From Camelus ferus (lineage: Eukaryota): a DNA stretch of 64,000 nucleotides. Under the pieces are notes generated by a model, which worked only from the letters and a program-made list of their open reading frames with translations, was not told where the DNA came from and ran no database searches. The stretch spans positions 87,422,001 through 87,486,000 of the forward strand of contig NC_045697.1 in NCBI RefSeq assembly GCF_009834535.1. The letters are read 5' to 3'. Shown piece by piece: positions 37,751-50,519 of the stretch. A program made the position numbers and the translations under genes. Each line of letters begins with the position of its first letter. The first letter of the stretch is position 1.

Positions 37751-38899
37751 AAACATAACAGCAAGAGAGTAAAAGAAGTCCATATTTACAAAACAAAGAA
37801 CTAATGGCATTTCTTCCCAATCTTCTAAGGTATGACAATGGTACAGCCAAGAATAACAAAGAACAGGAACTAGAAAAAGTGAATTGCAGTTTCTCTTAAT
37901 TTTCTTTCATATCTAAATCCTCTGTTCTTGGATTTTAAAATAAAAACAGCAACAGGAACTTACCTTTGGCAAAAACTGGAAATAATTTAGGTGGTTATAC
38001 CTCTTGGAAAACACAAGATTTTAATTTTTTTTCAGGCTCAAATAAACACAATTCAAAGTAATGTAATGATAATCATGAATGAATGCTAAGTGGAAGGGAT
38101 GATGATAACATCTTAAATTGATGATAAGATAGTAATTATTTGGGGGGGGGGCAAGTTCCTATCTGCTACATCTAGAAAGTTAGACTCATAAAATCAGGAC
38201 GTGAAAATTAAAAGGAACCTCAAACCAGTCAAGCTTCTCACTGCGAGGCAGAGTTCTTTCTACTACTCCCTGACAAATGATTCATTTTCTATCATCAACT
38301 TGAATATTTCTGAGAACAAAGAACAAATTGCTGCATTGGTCATCAAACGTAGAATGCATTTGATTTGGTGTAACTTTTTCTTAGCGATGTCTTACTATTT
38401 GTTACCCATTGATTATTGTTTTCTAAGCTCTCGTAATCTATATAATCTGTTCTTTTATTTATTAATTGTAGTTAACATATTTATTAAACTTCTTGATGGG
38501 GCGAAAAGATTTTTAAAAATAAATTTCAACGTGTCATATATCTTCTACTTAAAATCAAAATGAAACATATTAAGAGGATTAACCCCTTGGGTAGTTTCCA
38601 ACCTTCCCACCTAAACCCCCATTTGGTTCTCTAACTATTAAGCAATGGGCACTGCTAAGAGAAAAATTTTCAAATCCTCAAAGAAAATAAAAATCCATCA
38701 TGTATTTTATTTTAGTGTGCTATATGCTGAAGAAGAAAAGGCAGGGGAAGTGAAATGGCTGTTTATAAGGCTGATTTATACTGATTTGCCTGTTACTGAA
38801 AGAATTACGAACTGTACTGATACCAAAACCCCAAATAAATTCAGTGACATAAATATCATCAACTGTGAGATTTACCTCTTCCCACCATGGCAATCATTC

Positions 38900-39625
38900 T
38901 GGTCAGGAGTCTTTGAGATTGCAAACAACAGAAATTCAATAAACTGGCTTATTCAAAAGAAAGAATTTATTCTTAAACATACCTGAGAAGGTGACTGATT
39001 CAGACATGGCTGAATCCAGGTGCTCATATGATGCGGTCAACAATCTCCAAATCTGCTTCTATTTCTTGAGCCTTAGGCTGACTTTTCCTCCTGGATAATG
39101 GTGATAGTCAAGTGCAGCTCCAAGTCTATATGCCACCATTTAGTCACACTCCACTGCAAAGCAAGAATGCCTCTTTTCTAAAAATTCCAGCTTAAGTTCT
39201 CAGGCTAACTTTCATGAGCTCAACTCCGTTCACATGCCTGTTCCTGAAACTCTTCATTGTGGCCTGAGACTTTGAAAAGGCTGGCTGGCCAGTATGAGTG
39301 AGTGTACTGCTGCAAGTAGGAAGGCCTGAGTATAGCTGTGAACTGTACAAAGCCTGCAGCTGACGGGCGGTGCAGCCCCTGCTATTTGCTGGGCAAGCCT
39401 GGTGTTTTGGTGCTGGACATGGGCTTCATTTGCCTGGAGGAAGGTGTGTATTATTTGAATTTGCACAAAGGCATCCTATGAACTAGCTGTGGCCCTGGAG
39501 CCATAGATGTGAATCACCTGGACTGTGAGTGAGGCCCAGTAGTCCTCTGGTTGAAAATCAGATGCTGTTTCTAATGTTAAGGAAAAATGGACACTGGGCA
39601 AAGAGCTATCAGATGCCCACTACAG
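38900..39625 (-). mobile_element. MLT1J/K-like LTR split by a MER91-like hAT element (~39300-39497)
   Basis: 'gattgcaaacaacagaaattcaataaactggctta...ttcagacatggctgaatccaggtgctca'; the insert ends 'atttgcacaaaggcatcctatgaactagctgtggccctg'. Confidence 0.7.
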
Positions 39626-40112
39626 AAGAAATGCCATTAGTGTCATTCTGAGTGTCTTGTCTTGTAGATCCAGCTGTGCTCAGTTTACATCTAAATCTAC
39701 TCAACTCAGCTCAATCCAGTATTGAGGCCAAAAAGTGCGTTTGCTGGGTAGGTGGATAAAGAGACACTACCAAAAACAAAAACAAAAAGGCAAAGGACAG
39801 AAGAGATTTTTTCCTTAAATAGCATAAAATATTCTTACTTTAAACTATGTCAACTAGGAAAATTTTTTCCTCTAATTGAAAGTTTACTTTGCTTTTACAA
39901 ATAATTTAAAATTTCTCATGCAAAATCAAAGATGGTTGAGTGTAAATATTCCTTTAGTTGCTTTTTAGCAAAATAATCTGTGTATTTAAGTGAATGGCAC
40001 ATTATATGTTCAAATATGATTACACTCTGGTAAATTTACAAAACTGAGGGATTTAAAAAGAAATACTTACTTCATTATATTTATTATAGTTTTATCATTC
40101 CTTACTTCCTAA

Positions 40113-40624
40113 CGTTATCAAGTCCGAGCTCCTACTGCCCACTGCACAACAGGCCAAGAAATCCATAGATGAGGTGTTGGGGCAAGGAATGGCGGTCTGA
40201 TTCGGAAAGCCGGCAGGAGAGGGTGGGCTAGTGTCCCAAAGAACCATTTTACCTGGTTAGAATTCAGGCTTCTTTTATACTAAAAGGTAGAGGAGGGCTG
40301 TGGCTGGTTGTTGCAAATTTCTTGGTACAGTAATCTTTTGTTCTCATAGCTGCCCTATAGGTCTGGTCACAGTGCTCCTATAAACCTCCAACAAGACAAT
40401 TGTTATCTCTCCTGTTCTGCAATTTTTTATCTGTATATGAACTGAAAAGTGTTACACCTTTAAGGTCAGAGCCTTGAAAACGGGCTACCCCGCATATTGC
40501 AGGCTGTAGGCAACATTGTTTCACAAAGCTGCAGAGGCAGCATGACTAAGCACAGGCCACAGAGCACGACCCTTGGCGCTAAAGGAAGAGACCCAACATG
40601 AAGTCAGGTTTGTTTTCTGTTACA
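40113..40624 (-). mobile_element. ERV1-class solo LTR (MER41-like start) with 4-bp TSD
   Basis: Minus strand starts TGTAACAGAAAACAAACCTGACTTCATGTTGG and contains TATAAAA; TSD CTAA at 40109-40112 and 40625-40628. Confidence 0.85.
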
Positions 40625-41194
40625 CTAAGTCTGAAATAGCAGCCAGATATGTACCCAGTAGAAGGATTTCTTATATTTTAAAGTGACCTTTAAGTACTCT
40701 TTAGCTTTATTTTAAAATTATTGTTAGTAACTCAGTTTGCTTAAAGAATTGAATTAACCTTTTATTTCTGTAAAGAAAAAACCTACCTTTACTTCCCCTT
40801 TTAAGTACTGTTTTAACAGCACGCATTTACTTCAGACCTTAGGGAAGTACAAAATAAACAGCAAGCTGATAGTATTATCTAGTCAAAGTAAAACACGGCA
40901 CAGGGAAATGGGGAGAGAGGGCGGGCAGTCACCAAATACCAAATGGAATTTGTTTTTACTTCAGCATTTAGGGAGCATCGGTGAGAACTACTTCTTCTAA
41001 GCTAAAAATGTCTAGCACCTGAAAAAAAAAATCAAGACGGGTTCTCTCTGGATACAAGAGGACAGGATTTAAGTGAGTACACACTTAAGGTTAAGTGAGT
41101 AAATACTTAGGGCGGAAAAAATGTAACCACCACTGTGGTACTTTGGAACTTTTTTGTTTGTTTGTTTTTAAACTCAGCAGCAGAGCAGGGAACT

Positions 41195-41960
41195 TTTCGG
41201 TTCCTCGGCCAGTCGGCAGGCGAACCTGCGTTTAAGGCGAGGGACACCCTGCTGGGTCCGGGAGGGAGACGACGATGCGGACCAGGTGATGACGATCTGC
41301 AGAAATTAAGGCGCTGACAGGGCTCGCGAGGCCGGGGCGCTCGGGCGGCCGGGCGGCTCCCCGCGCCCGCAGAGGCCCCCGAGCGGTGGGGACGGCGGGC
41401 GCGTCAATGGGCCCATTCAGGCCGGCGCGGCGCGGGGGTTGAGAAGTTAAGGGGCGGGAGGTGGCGCGCCGAGGCCGCGGCCGCGCCATTTGCATTTCAA
41501 TGAAACCCGTCTGTTGACTCAGTGCCCGGCGCTTCCGCAGCTCCCACCAGAATCTGCCTTTGTTGGTTTTAGCTCCGGTCAAGTCCACTTCTTGCAACGG
41601 GGGAGCCGCGCGCATTGAGTTTGTGTAGTCAGGCAGAACACTCGACAGGAAGGAAGGAGGAAGGGGTGCTCCGCGCGGCCATTGTCTGGGCAACCGGGCT
41701 TAAGCAGCCGAGTGACTATTTAATCTATAAGGTGCACTTGAATCCCTTGCAAATCCTCTCAGTGTGGAGCAGGGGGCACCCAGACGGGGACAGATGGTGC
41801 AGAACCCCTTTGTTTAAAAATATGGAAATGCGCTTTTTCATTTACTTAAGGTAGTCTCGCTCTTTTAACTGTTGCTATTTCCGCGTGTTTCATTGTCCAG
41901 GAGGGACCGGAGATGCTAATGGGTCTGGTCGGCCTTGCCAAAGCGCCCCGGCTCGCTCGC
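41195..41960 (+). promoter_or_regulatory. CpG island; probable promoter and non-coding first exon
   Basis: Dense CpG and GC. GC box 41451-41459; YY1-like CGCCATT overlapping octamer ATTTGCAT 41488-41495; AP-1 TGACTCA 41515-41521; downstream donors GAA|GTGAGT (41987) and TTG|GTAAGC (42006). Strand is inferred from the donors only. Confidence 0.8.
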
Positions 41961-44279
41961 TCTCTTTTTTAATGTAATAGCTGGAAGTGAGTCTGTTAAG
42001 TTTTGGTAAGCCATCGTTACACTAAGGAGCCCTCCTACCTTTGTGGAGTCTTCTGAGCTTAGGCAGAGAGCAGCAGAGGGAAATTTGTTTAAAAGTCTTG
42101 CAAGATCTCTTTTTCAGAGGCCCCCTTCTCTCTTTTCTTTTTTCACATTGAACATCAAATTCAGAGGTGTCAGGTTGCTTCGAGCGTAACTAGGGGGAAA
42201 GGGAGAATGTCCTGTTCTCAGTGTCCTCTGCTACTTTGCACTGACCCCTTGGGCCATGACGCACAGTGAAGGGTGACCCACTTGGGTTCCCATAGCCGGA
42301 AGGATGCTGTGGCTCGGGCCACACATGTGTTTCTGCTTCCACAGCTGTAATTTAGAGTATGTTCAACATCAGGCTGTGGCAATGTACGCATATGCAGTAT
42401 CTTAGAAAAGTGGAAGATTCTGCCCACAGAGCCCTTGGGTACGCTGACAGGTCACAAGATGGATTTTCTGATTATCCTGCCAACACCGAGGACTCCATTT
42501 TCAGCGAGCCTCGGGGCGCACGCAGCAACACACCCCAAGCCAGTCTGAAAGGAGGTCGACCAACTGTCCACACACGACCTATTTTTCCTGCCCCAGCTTT
42601 TGTTTGAAACATGGCAGTCATGATCCTGCTAGACTCTTCTAGCCATGGCAATACAAATCAATTAAAGAAAAAAATGTGAATGGATAACAGGTCAAAATCA
42701 GAAAATTTTCCATTTCAGCACAGATTACCCAGGAAGAAGATTAGTGTCTTGTGGTTTTGGAGGTAGGCTGAAGCTGACACATTGGAAAATAGGTAGTTGG
42801 AATATCTTAATCTTGAGATGTTTAAATCTTGGGCATGTTAATACATTTATATGAAGAGACAGATGTCTGTTTGGTCTCTAATTCTAGCACAAACATTTGA
42901 CTATGTGAAATGCTCACAATCCATTTCTATTTTTCTTAAAAGGTCCTGTGTCTTACTTGCCACGTGGCCCTCAAGTTGTTCTGACACGCTTTCTCTAAGA
43001 ACACAGACAATGCAGATACAACACCTGGATCTGTGAGTTAATTACTACCTCGGCCGCCACCAAGAGACTTTCTAAGTGGCCAAGCACAAGGATCTTCTGT
43101 TTCTTATCCAAGTGCCTTATTTCATCAAAGCCCCAAGTCCATGAATTGACCCTTAACTATGAATTCCTGCTTCATTTCTATTTCACTTGGCCATTTTAGA
43201 GCACGAAAGAGCCAGAATTAGGTGTCAGCCAGCAGGTGTGGCTTATAATTCATATTTTTTGAAGAAAAATCTGTCTAAGCTGGTTTTAAGTTATCTTGTT
43301 AGACATTAAAACTGTGGGGGTGGGAGGGTCAGTGTTTTTACATGCTTAAGCGTTGTTCATTAAACAGATTTGTTGAGAAGTTCAAAAGGTAAAAGAGAGC
43401 TTTGTTTGGAGTTTTAAAATTTTACAGGTTTCCCTTCCAAATGGTGAAAAGTGGCATACAATATTATTATTATTATTTTTATTCCACAGGCAGGTGTGAG
43501 CTTGAGCATATTAAGTTTCTTGGCTTTCTTTTGATTTTATATAATGAGCCTTTGTTGGACTTGATTACAGTGATGGTCTCCCTCTCTGATTCTGATTAAA
43601 CCATGAAACCCCACAAACTCACCGATACTTGTCATTTCAGTTTGGTTGGTAAGTGAATTTTGGTGATGAAACTGTGAAGCCACAAATTCCCTGGAGCATT
43701 GGAATGCAGTTAAAAGGAAACTACCCCAACTAGCAAAGAGTTTGGTTTAATTTGAACCTGCGGCTTCAAGCTCACTCACAGTTAATAAATGATACCCATT
43801 CATCTAGCCCAGGGGAATGAGATTGGCGGCACCCACATTCGACTGGGTGAAGAATTCTCAGGATGCTCCTAAAACCAAGCTGGGTTGTACAGGATCAACC
43901 TGGGCCTCTGCTGAGGATCAGAGAATGAGTATTCCCGTAGGTAAGGGCCACTTTAGCAACTGACCCTGTTTATGGTAGAGGTGGTGGCCAGCTGGGACAT
44001 GAACTCACAGGTTTTAGTTACGAAATCAGTTTTTAAAAGACTATCATAACTGGGTTGAAGGTGTTCAAACTGAACTATTATTTTTAGTTTCTGCATTGCT
44101 TGGGTTTGTCCAGAATGAAAGTACTTCTGGTGACCTTCCATACCAGAAAGAGGACTGTTTAGAGGTGTGAACCATTCAGGTGTGGACTCAGGTTAGGAAA
44201 GTTCTCCAAGTCATAAGCTGTTTTTCCTAAAGGCAGGACACGTTCCCAGGTGCCAGCGGTGTAAGATTTGTGTTCTGTC

Positions 44280-45960
44280 TTACCCCGTCTCTGCAGTGGT
44301 TGACAGTATTGATTGCTTCTTCTTTGAAAAACTCCTCCCTTGGCTTTGGTGACAGATCTCTCTCCTGGCTTTGCTCTTACCTCTCTGGCCTCTCCTTCTC
44401 ACTCTTCCTTGTAGGCTTTTTGCCCCTTTGCTCATCCGTTAACTGTGTTCTCTTGGGGGTTCTGTCTTTGGTTCTCATCTCTTCTGTACATTGTCCTTGG
44501 TGAGATTTCTGGGAGACCTTTTTCGTCAACACACTGTGTCTTCCTGCCTCAGGGCCTTTGCTCATATGGTTTTCTCTGCTTACAGTGTTCTTTCCCCAGA
44601 GATGGGGATACCTGACTTATTTCTTTATTTAGTTCTCTACTCAAATTGTCAACTTTCAAATGAAGCTTCCCTGGTTATCCATAGAAAATAGCAGGTACCC
44701 AGTCAGGGTCGGGACTAGGGTAAGGCAAGTGAGGCGCCCAGGGCACACAGTTTAAGGAGGCAAGTTCAGATCAGCATCTGAGACCGTGTGCCTCCTTATA
44801 GTTGGTACTCTGGGCATCTTTCTTACCTCATCTGTCCTGACCCTGTACCTGTACTCAGTCACTCTCTAGTCTCTTAATTTAGTTTATCTTACTTTACAGA
44901 TGTTATATAACTAACATATATTTAGTTGATAATTGTAGGTCTCTCTACCCTTGTCTCACCCACGCCATTAGAATGTGGGCCATGTTGGAGCAGGGCCTTT
45001 GTCTGCTTGGGTTTTTGCTGTCCCCCCAGAGCCTAGAACAGAGTCCAGAATGTAGTAGGTATTCATCATAGATTTATATTTAAATGAATATAATATGTAA
45101 ATGACTATCGCTCATATTATTGATGACTCTCAAATGCACAGAAACAAGAATTGTAAATGGACCTCCCCTCTTGGATGTCCCGCAGCTATTCAAACTCAGT
45201 GTGTCCAAAACTGCATTTATCACCTTTCACTCCCAAACCCACCTCCCACCTAAATTTTCTTTTTCTGACGAATAGTGCCTCTGTTTTAGCTCAACCTAAA
45301 ATGCTAGAGATGTGGTAACTTGAGCCTATCAAGTTTCCTCCCTAAATAACTCCTGGCTTCCTCATCTCCTTCTCTGCTGCCCTGCTGTGATGTAGGCTCC
45401 CCTCCCTTCCTCCTGGAAAAACTGCCGGTGCCCTTCCAACTGATCTCATGGCAAATACCTTGTTCTTCTCTGCGGAAACCCTCTGGCACACTGCTGGGAA
45501 GTGAGCTCTCTACACCACATATCGGATCACGCTGCTTCCTTATCTTAAAATCCTTCCCTGTACCCCCATAGGTTTCAAGATACAGTTCTGATTTCATAGA
45601 CTGGAAGCTCCCTTTGCGGTCTGTCTGCTGACTCTCGCCCCAGAGTCTCCTGCTGCGCCCCCTCCTCTCCTCCTGCTCCTGCCACTATTCCTCGCCCGCT
45701 CAGTGCACACCCTTGGTGCTCCAGTCACAGAGGACTTGGAATTTGGGAATAATCTAGCCTCCTCAATGCTGCTCTACCATTGCCTAGCTAAGCTCTACCT
45801 ATCCATCAGCGGAATGGGCAATTTGAACTCCCCTCTGCCTGTCAAGTTGTTTTGTAATTTTCTGTTTACTTACCCTTCTCCCCATCAGACTGAGAGCACC
45901 TTAAAGACAGGGACTGGGTCTTTCATTTCTGCACATTCAGCATAGAGTTGGCCCTTGGTG
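44280..45960 (+). mobile_element. L2 fragments
   Basis: 'ctcagggcctttgctcatatggttttctctgc', 'cccagagcctagaacagagtccagaatgtagtaggtattca', 'tcaaactcagtgtgtccaaaactg'. Confidence 0.8.
44704..44845. mobile_element. Palindromic hAT-type MITE (MER96-like)
   Basis: TIRs cagggtcgggac ... gtcctgaccctg and an internal inverted pair taaggaggca / tgcctcctta. Confidence 0.75.
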
Positions 45961-45966
45961 TCATTT

Positions 45967-46121
45967 ATTTTTTTTTGTTTCGTTTTTTTATTTTATTTTT
46001 TTTGGGGGGGTGATTAGGTTTATTTATTTACTCATTTATTTTAATGGAGGCACTGGGCATTGAACCCAGGACCTTGTTCATCCTATGCCTGTGCTCTACC
46101 GCAGAGCTATACCTTCCCCCC
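45967..46121 (-). mobile_element. vic-1-type SINE, long form
   Basis: Minus strand GGGGAAGGTATAGCTCTGCGGTAGAGCAC...GGTCCTGGGTTCAATGCCCAGTGCCTCC; flanking direct repeat tgtcattt. Confidence 0.9.
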
Positions 46122-48469
46122 TTTCCATGTCATTTGTTAAATGAATGTATAAATTCATCGAAAGATTATCTTGTCATGTGGGATGAGGTTTGGATCTAAA
46201 TGACTTTTTCCTTACTTGGTATCTATTTATTCCAACATTAAAAAAAAAATCCTTCCTTACTCCCTTGTGTGAGGAGCTTACTCTGTCACATAGTACATTC
46301 TTTCAAGTAGTTGGATGTGGTTTCGGTTTTCCGTTGCGTGCTCTGGATTTACGTATCCGTTCCAGCATCAGTAACACACCAGTTTAGACTTCCTCAGACA
46401 CTTTTTTTTTTCACCAGAATATTGTCGGGGTTTTGTCTATGTTTAGTTTTCTAAATACATTTTGGTATCTAATGTCTTACTGATTTTTAATGCAAAAATC
46501 CAGTTAGAGTTATAATTGGAGTAGTTATCTGAAAATTAATTTTGAGGAAACAGAACTCTTCCTCATTTTATTCCCATTATGAAGTTGGTTAGTTGCTAGT
46601 TTAAGAGTAATCAGATAACATAAAAACCGCATCAAAAACTGGCCTCAAGTGATAGCCACATTTTAAAGTTAATCATTCTACTTCCTCATGACAGTCCTCA
46701 TAGACTCAGGTTTCTCATGTCATTATATGCGCCTCTCTTCCCATGAATAGATGACCCGTCCAGCAAGCCAACATACTTGTCTTTGAAACCTCTTTGAGGG
46801 AGATAGGCCATGTCTTCCATGTACTGTTTGAATGTCAGATGGAATAATATGGGTGGAAAGTTCTTTCCCTTGTCCAATCCTAGTACTTGAAAACAAATTC
46901 AGCCTGTTTTCTTGGTGGAGATGTAAAACAGCTGGCCACCATCCTGTTTCCACAAACTCCTTATACCCTCATCTGGCAAGAGGGAAATACATCTTTAGCT
47001 CAGTTGGTCTGAAAATTTATTTTGTGGGACCTTCTAAACATCCATAAATTTTACACAAACCATTCGAGCGTTTTACGTGCTTAATCTTGTATTGTTTATC
47101 TAGCGCAAGATGCTGCGCCTGCCCGAAACCCCGTTATAAAGGGAGGGCCGTAACCTTGGAGGAGTCCGGGCTTAGTGTTCACCGTACGGTCAGCCTTTCT
47201 CGTCCCCTCGTTTGTATTACGGGATTAAAATGAAAATCATAGACATTTTGGTTTTTGCCTTGCTTATTTTAAGTCTCTGGTGTCTTTTTTTTTTTTTTCT
47301 TTCTTTCTTTTTTTCTTTCTGGGAATAGATGCTAAACTTTCTAATTTAAGCGAAGGGGTTTATGAGCCCCTGGGGCAAAGATTTCATTCCATAGCCCTGA
47401 AGTTGGAAGCGGGGAGATGATTTGGTTCATTGATTTCTCTTCTGAGTCTTTTTCTTCCCAGTTCTCTAGCTCCTGATCCCTATCTGCCAGGGGAGTAGTT
47501 AATAATTTTTACTCATATCCTCTGGCCTTCAATTAATAAGTACTCAGGTGATCTGATGTAAGGTGTGCTTTAAGTTTGTTCAAGCCACTTACATGAGCCC
47601 CCAGCTACAGTGTATTTCAGGCGAAGTTAACTACAAGCCTACAAGGATGATGAAAGTTGGTTGACATTATCATGAAGTCATTTAATTTTTAAACAGGTTA
47701 ATTTTACAAAAATAGATGTAGTTTTTAAAAAGTAACCATAGCCACGGAAGTCCAATCACTCCCACTTCAACTTCCATGCAGTATAATTTTTAAACTGCCT
47801 GAGACAGCTGTTTTAAACCGCCGTCAATCAACAAAAACAAAAAACAAACAAACAAAAAAGCCATCCCAACTCCCCCAAGTTGGATCACTGTTTACCTGCT
47901 TTTCCTCCATTTCTCTTATAGGAGAAACAGGAACAGAGCAGGTCCGTTTTTAAACAGAAAACCGCTTTGTAAAGCAGCGAGTACATTCAGGGTGCACGCC
48001 CTGGGCTGCATCTGTCTGGTCCAGCACACGTGCAGCGTTTGTAGGAGACAGAACATAACATGTTCTTCTGCAGTAATGACTTGGAGCACTGTATACTTAT
48101 TTCAGGGATGCTGCTATTACTGAAGATTTTTTTTTTTTTTGTACTTCCTTTAGGAAATGCTTTTAAACTTTCAAACCCAAAGTATTTCCTAAATCTGTCC
48201 ATTTCTTGTCATCCCTACAGCCCATGTCCTAATTTAGATGCTTACCATTTCTTAATCTTGACTATGGAAAAATCCTCTTACTAGTTTTATGCCCAGTTTT
48301 TTATACTCCTACAATTAATCCTTTGTACTGTTGCTAAAATTATCTTTTTTCTCTGACCACATCCCTTAGCATGACATTCAAGGCTCTCCCCAGTCTGGTC
48401 TTGTTCTACTTTTCTAGCCTTTTTTCCTCTCTTTCCCCTCCACACATTCTATTTCCAGGCAGTTAGTAA

Positions 48470-48606
48470 AGTTAGACTGACCCTGTACCCCATTTGCCGA
48501 GAGTGGTCTAGGTTTAAGCCTGCTGTCCTGGGGTCCTGTCTAGTTTAGCATGTTTAGCACCTTCAAAGGTGTCCTGGTTTGGATGATAAATTATATGGTC
48601 ACTCCA
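48470..48606. mobile_element. MER94-like hAT-Blackjack MITE
   Basis: Ends 'gtcctggtttggatgataaattatatggtcactcc'. Confidence 0.65.
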
Positions 48607-48611
48607 TCATA

Positions 48612-49945
48612 TTTTTAAACAGTTTTATTGAGACATAATTATGTACCATTATATTTACCTGCTTAAAGTGTACAATTCAGTGGTTTTAACATATATACAG
48701 AGTTGTGAAACCATAATCTTGATGCAATTTTAGAACATTTTCATCACCCCCAAAACTTTGTACTGGTTAGTAGTGCCTTATCTTACCCCCATTCTCCATT
48801 CCCACCTCCCAGCCTTAGGCAACCATGAATTTACTTTAAAAGAAATTTTTTTTAATGTTTATTTTTATTTATTTATATTTCTATGCTTTTTCTCTCTACA
48901 GATTTGCCTATTCTGAATATTTAAAATAAATGGTATTATACAATACGTATGTGTGTGACTTCCTTTGCTTAGCATGTTTTTGATACAGTATGTATCATGT
49001 GTCAGTATTTCATTCCTTTCTCTGACGGAATAATGTTCCATCATCTGGCTATACCACATTTTATTTATCCATTTATCAGTTGAAGGACACTGGGATTGTT
49101 TCCACTTTTTTTGCTACTGTGAATATAATGCTGCTAGAACATTAGTGTACAAGTCTTTGTGTGGATATATGTTTTAATTTCTCTTGAGTATATAGCTAGG
49201 ATTGGAGTTGCTTGGCCATATGCTAACTCTATGTGTAACATTTTGAAGAATTGTCAAAACTGTTTTCCAAAACAGCTGCTCCAATTTACTGTCCCACCGG
49301 TAAGGTATGAGGGTTCCAATTTCTCCACATCTTCATCAACACTTGTTACGGTCTGTCTTTTTGATTATAGCCATCTTGTATGTGAAGTAATATCTCATTG
49401 TGGTTTTGATTTGCATTTTACTAATAAGTAATGATGTTGAGCATCTTTTCACATGCTTATTAGACATTCACTAATTTTCTTTAGAGAAATGTCTATTCAA
49501 ATCCTTCACCTATTTTAAAATGAGGTCATTTGTCTTTCAATTATTGAATTGTAAGAGTTCTTTATATAGTCTGAGTCCCTTATCAGACATGATTTGCAAA
49601 TATTTTCTTTCACTCTGTGGGTTGCCTTTTCACTTTCTTGATGCTGTCCTTTGAAGTACAAATGTTTTTCATTTTGGTTTAGTCTGACTTACCAGTCTTC
49701 TTTTTGATGACTTATGCTTTTGGTATCACATCTGAGAAATCATTGCCAAGCCCAAGGTCACAAAGATTTACTGCTGAATTTTCTTCTAAGAGTTTTATAA
49801 TTTTAGATCTTTCATTTAAGTCCATGATCCACTTTGAGTTAGTTTTTGTGTATGGTGTGAAGCTAGGGGTCCAAATTTGTATTTTGCTTGTAGATATCAA
49901 GTTGTCTCAGACCATTTGTGGAAAAGACCCTACTTCCATTAAATT
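48612..49945 (-). mobile_element. L1MB-like 3' portion including the ORF2 C-terminal region
   Basis: ORF 49712-49900 'PSFTPYTKTNSKWIMDLNERSKIIKLLEENSAVNLCDLGLGNDFSDVIPKA' is L1 ORF2. Confidence 0.93.
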
Positions 49946-50519
49946 GTCTTCACTTGCTACCTCTATGCATTTTCAGTTTAATAATTTATATTGTTGCCTT
50001 GACCTAGAATTTTTTTTTACCATCCTTCTCTTCCTGTTAACATCTAATTAATTCCTTCAAGATTATATTCAGATCTACCATCTCAATGAACATTCCCTAT
50101 CGACCCAAGCTGAATTACTCCTCTCTTCTTTCTGTTGCCATAAACAGCATTTATTTTGTCTTGAATATGGCATGTATTTTATTGTGTTTAAATTAGCTGT
50201 ATGTACTTCTGTCTTTCTTACTGGACTGTGTATTCCTTATGGGAGGGCTTTCTCATGTGTGTGCTAAGTACAATGTGTAGGAGGTAGTCAGTAAATAATT
50301 GCTGGTTAAATAAACAAATGAACAAATAAATGAATGAATGTCTTAAATGATAATACATTTCTAGCCTATGGTAGTGGATTTTGTGTCTAAGAACAACGAA
50401 GAGTTCAGTGAATGAGAGTGGTCTGGTTGCATAATACTATTTTAAGCCAAAGGCAAACTCTGAAGTCCATTCCAAAGGAGGGGACCCACAATATTTGACC
50501 AACAGTAGCATTTATTTAA

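Noticed and set aside
41232..41693. 153-aa Arg/Pro/Ala-rich ORF
   Set aside because: Composition is typical of a translated CpG island; no recognisable protein
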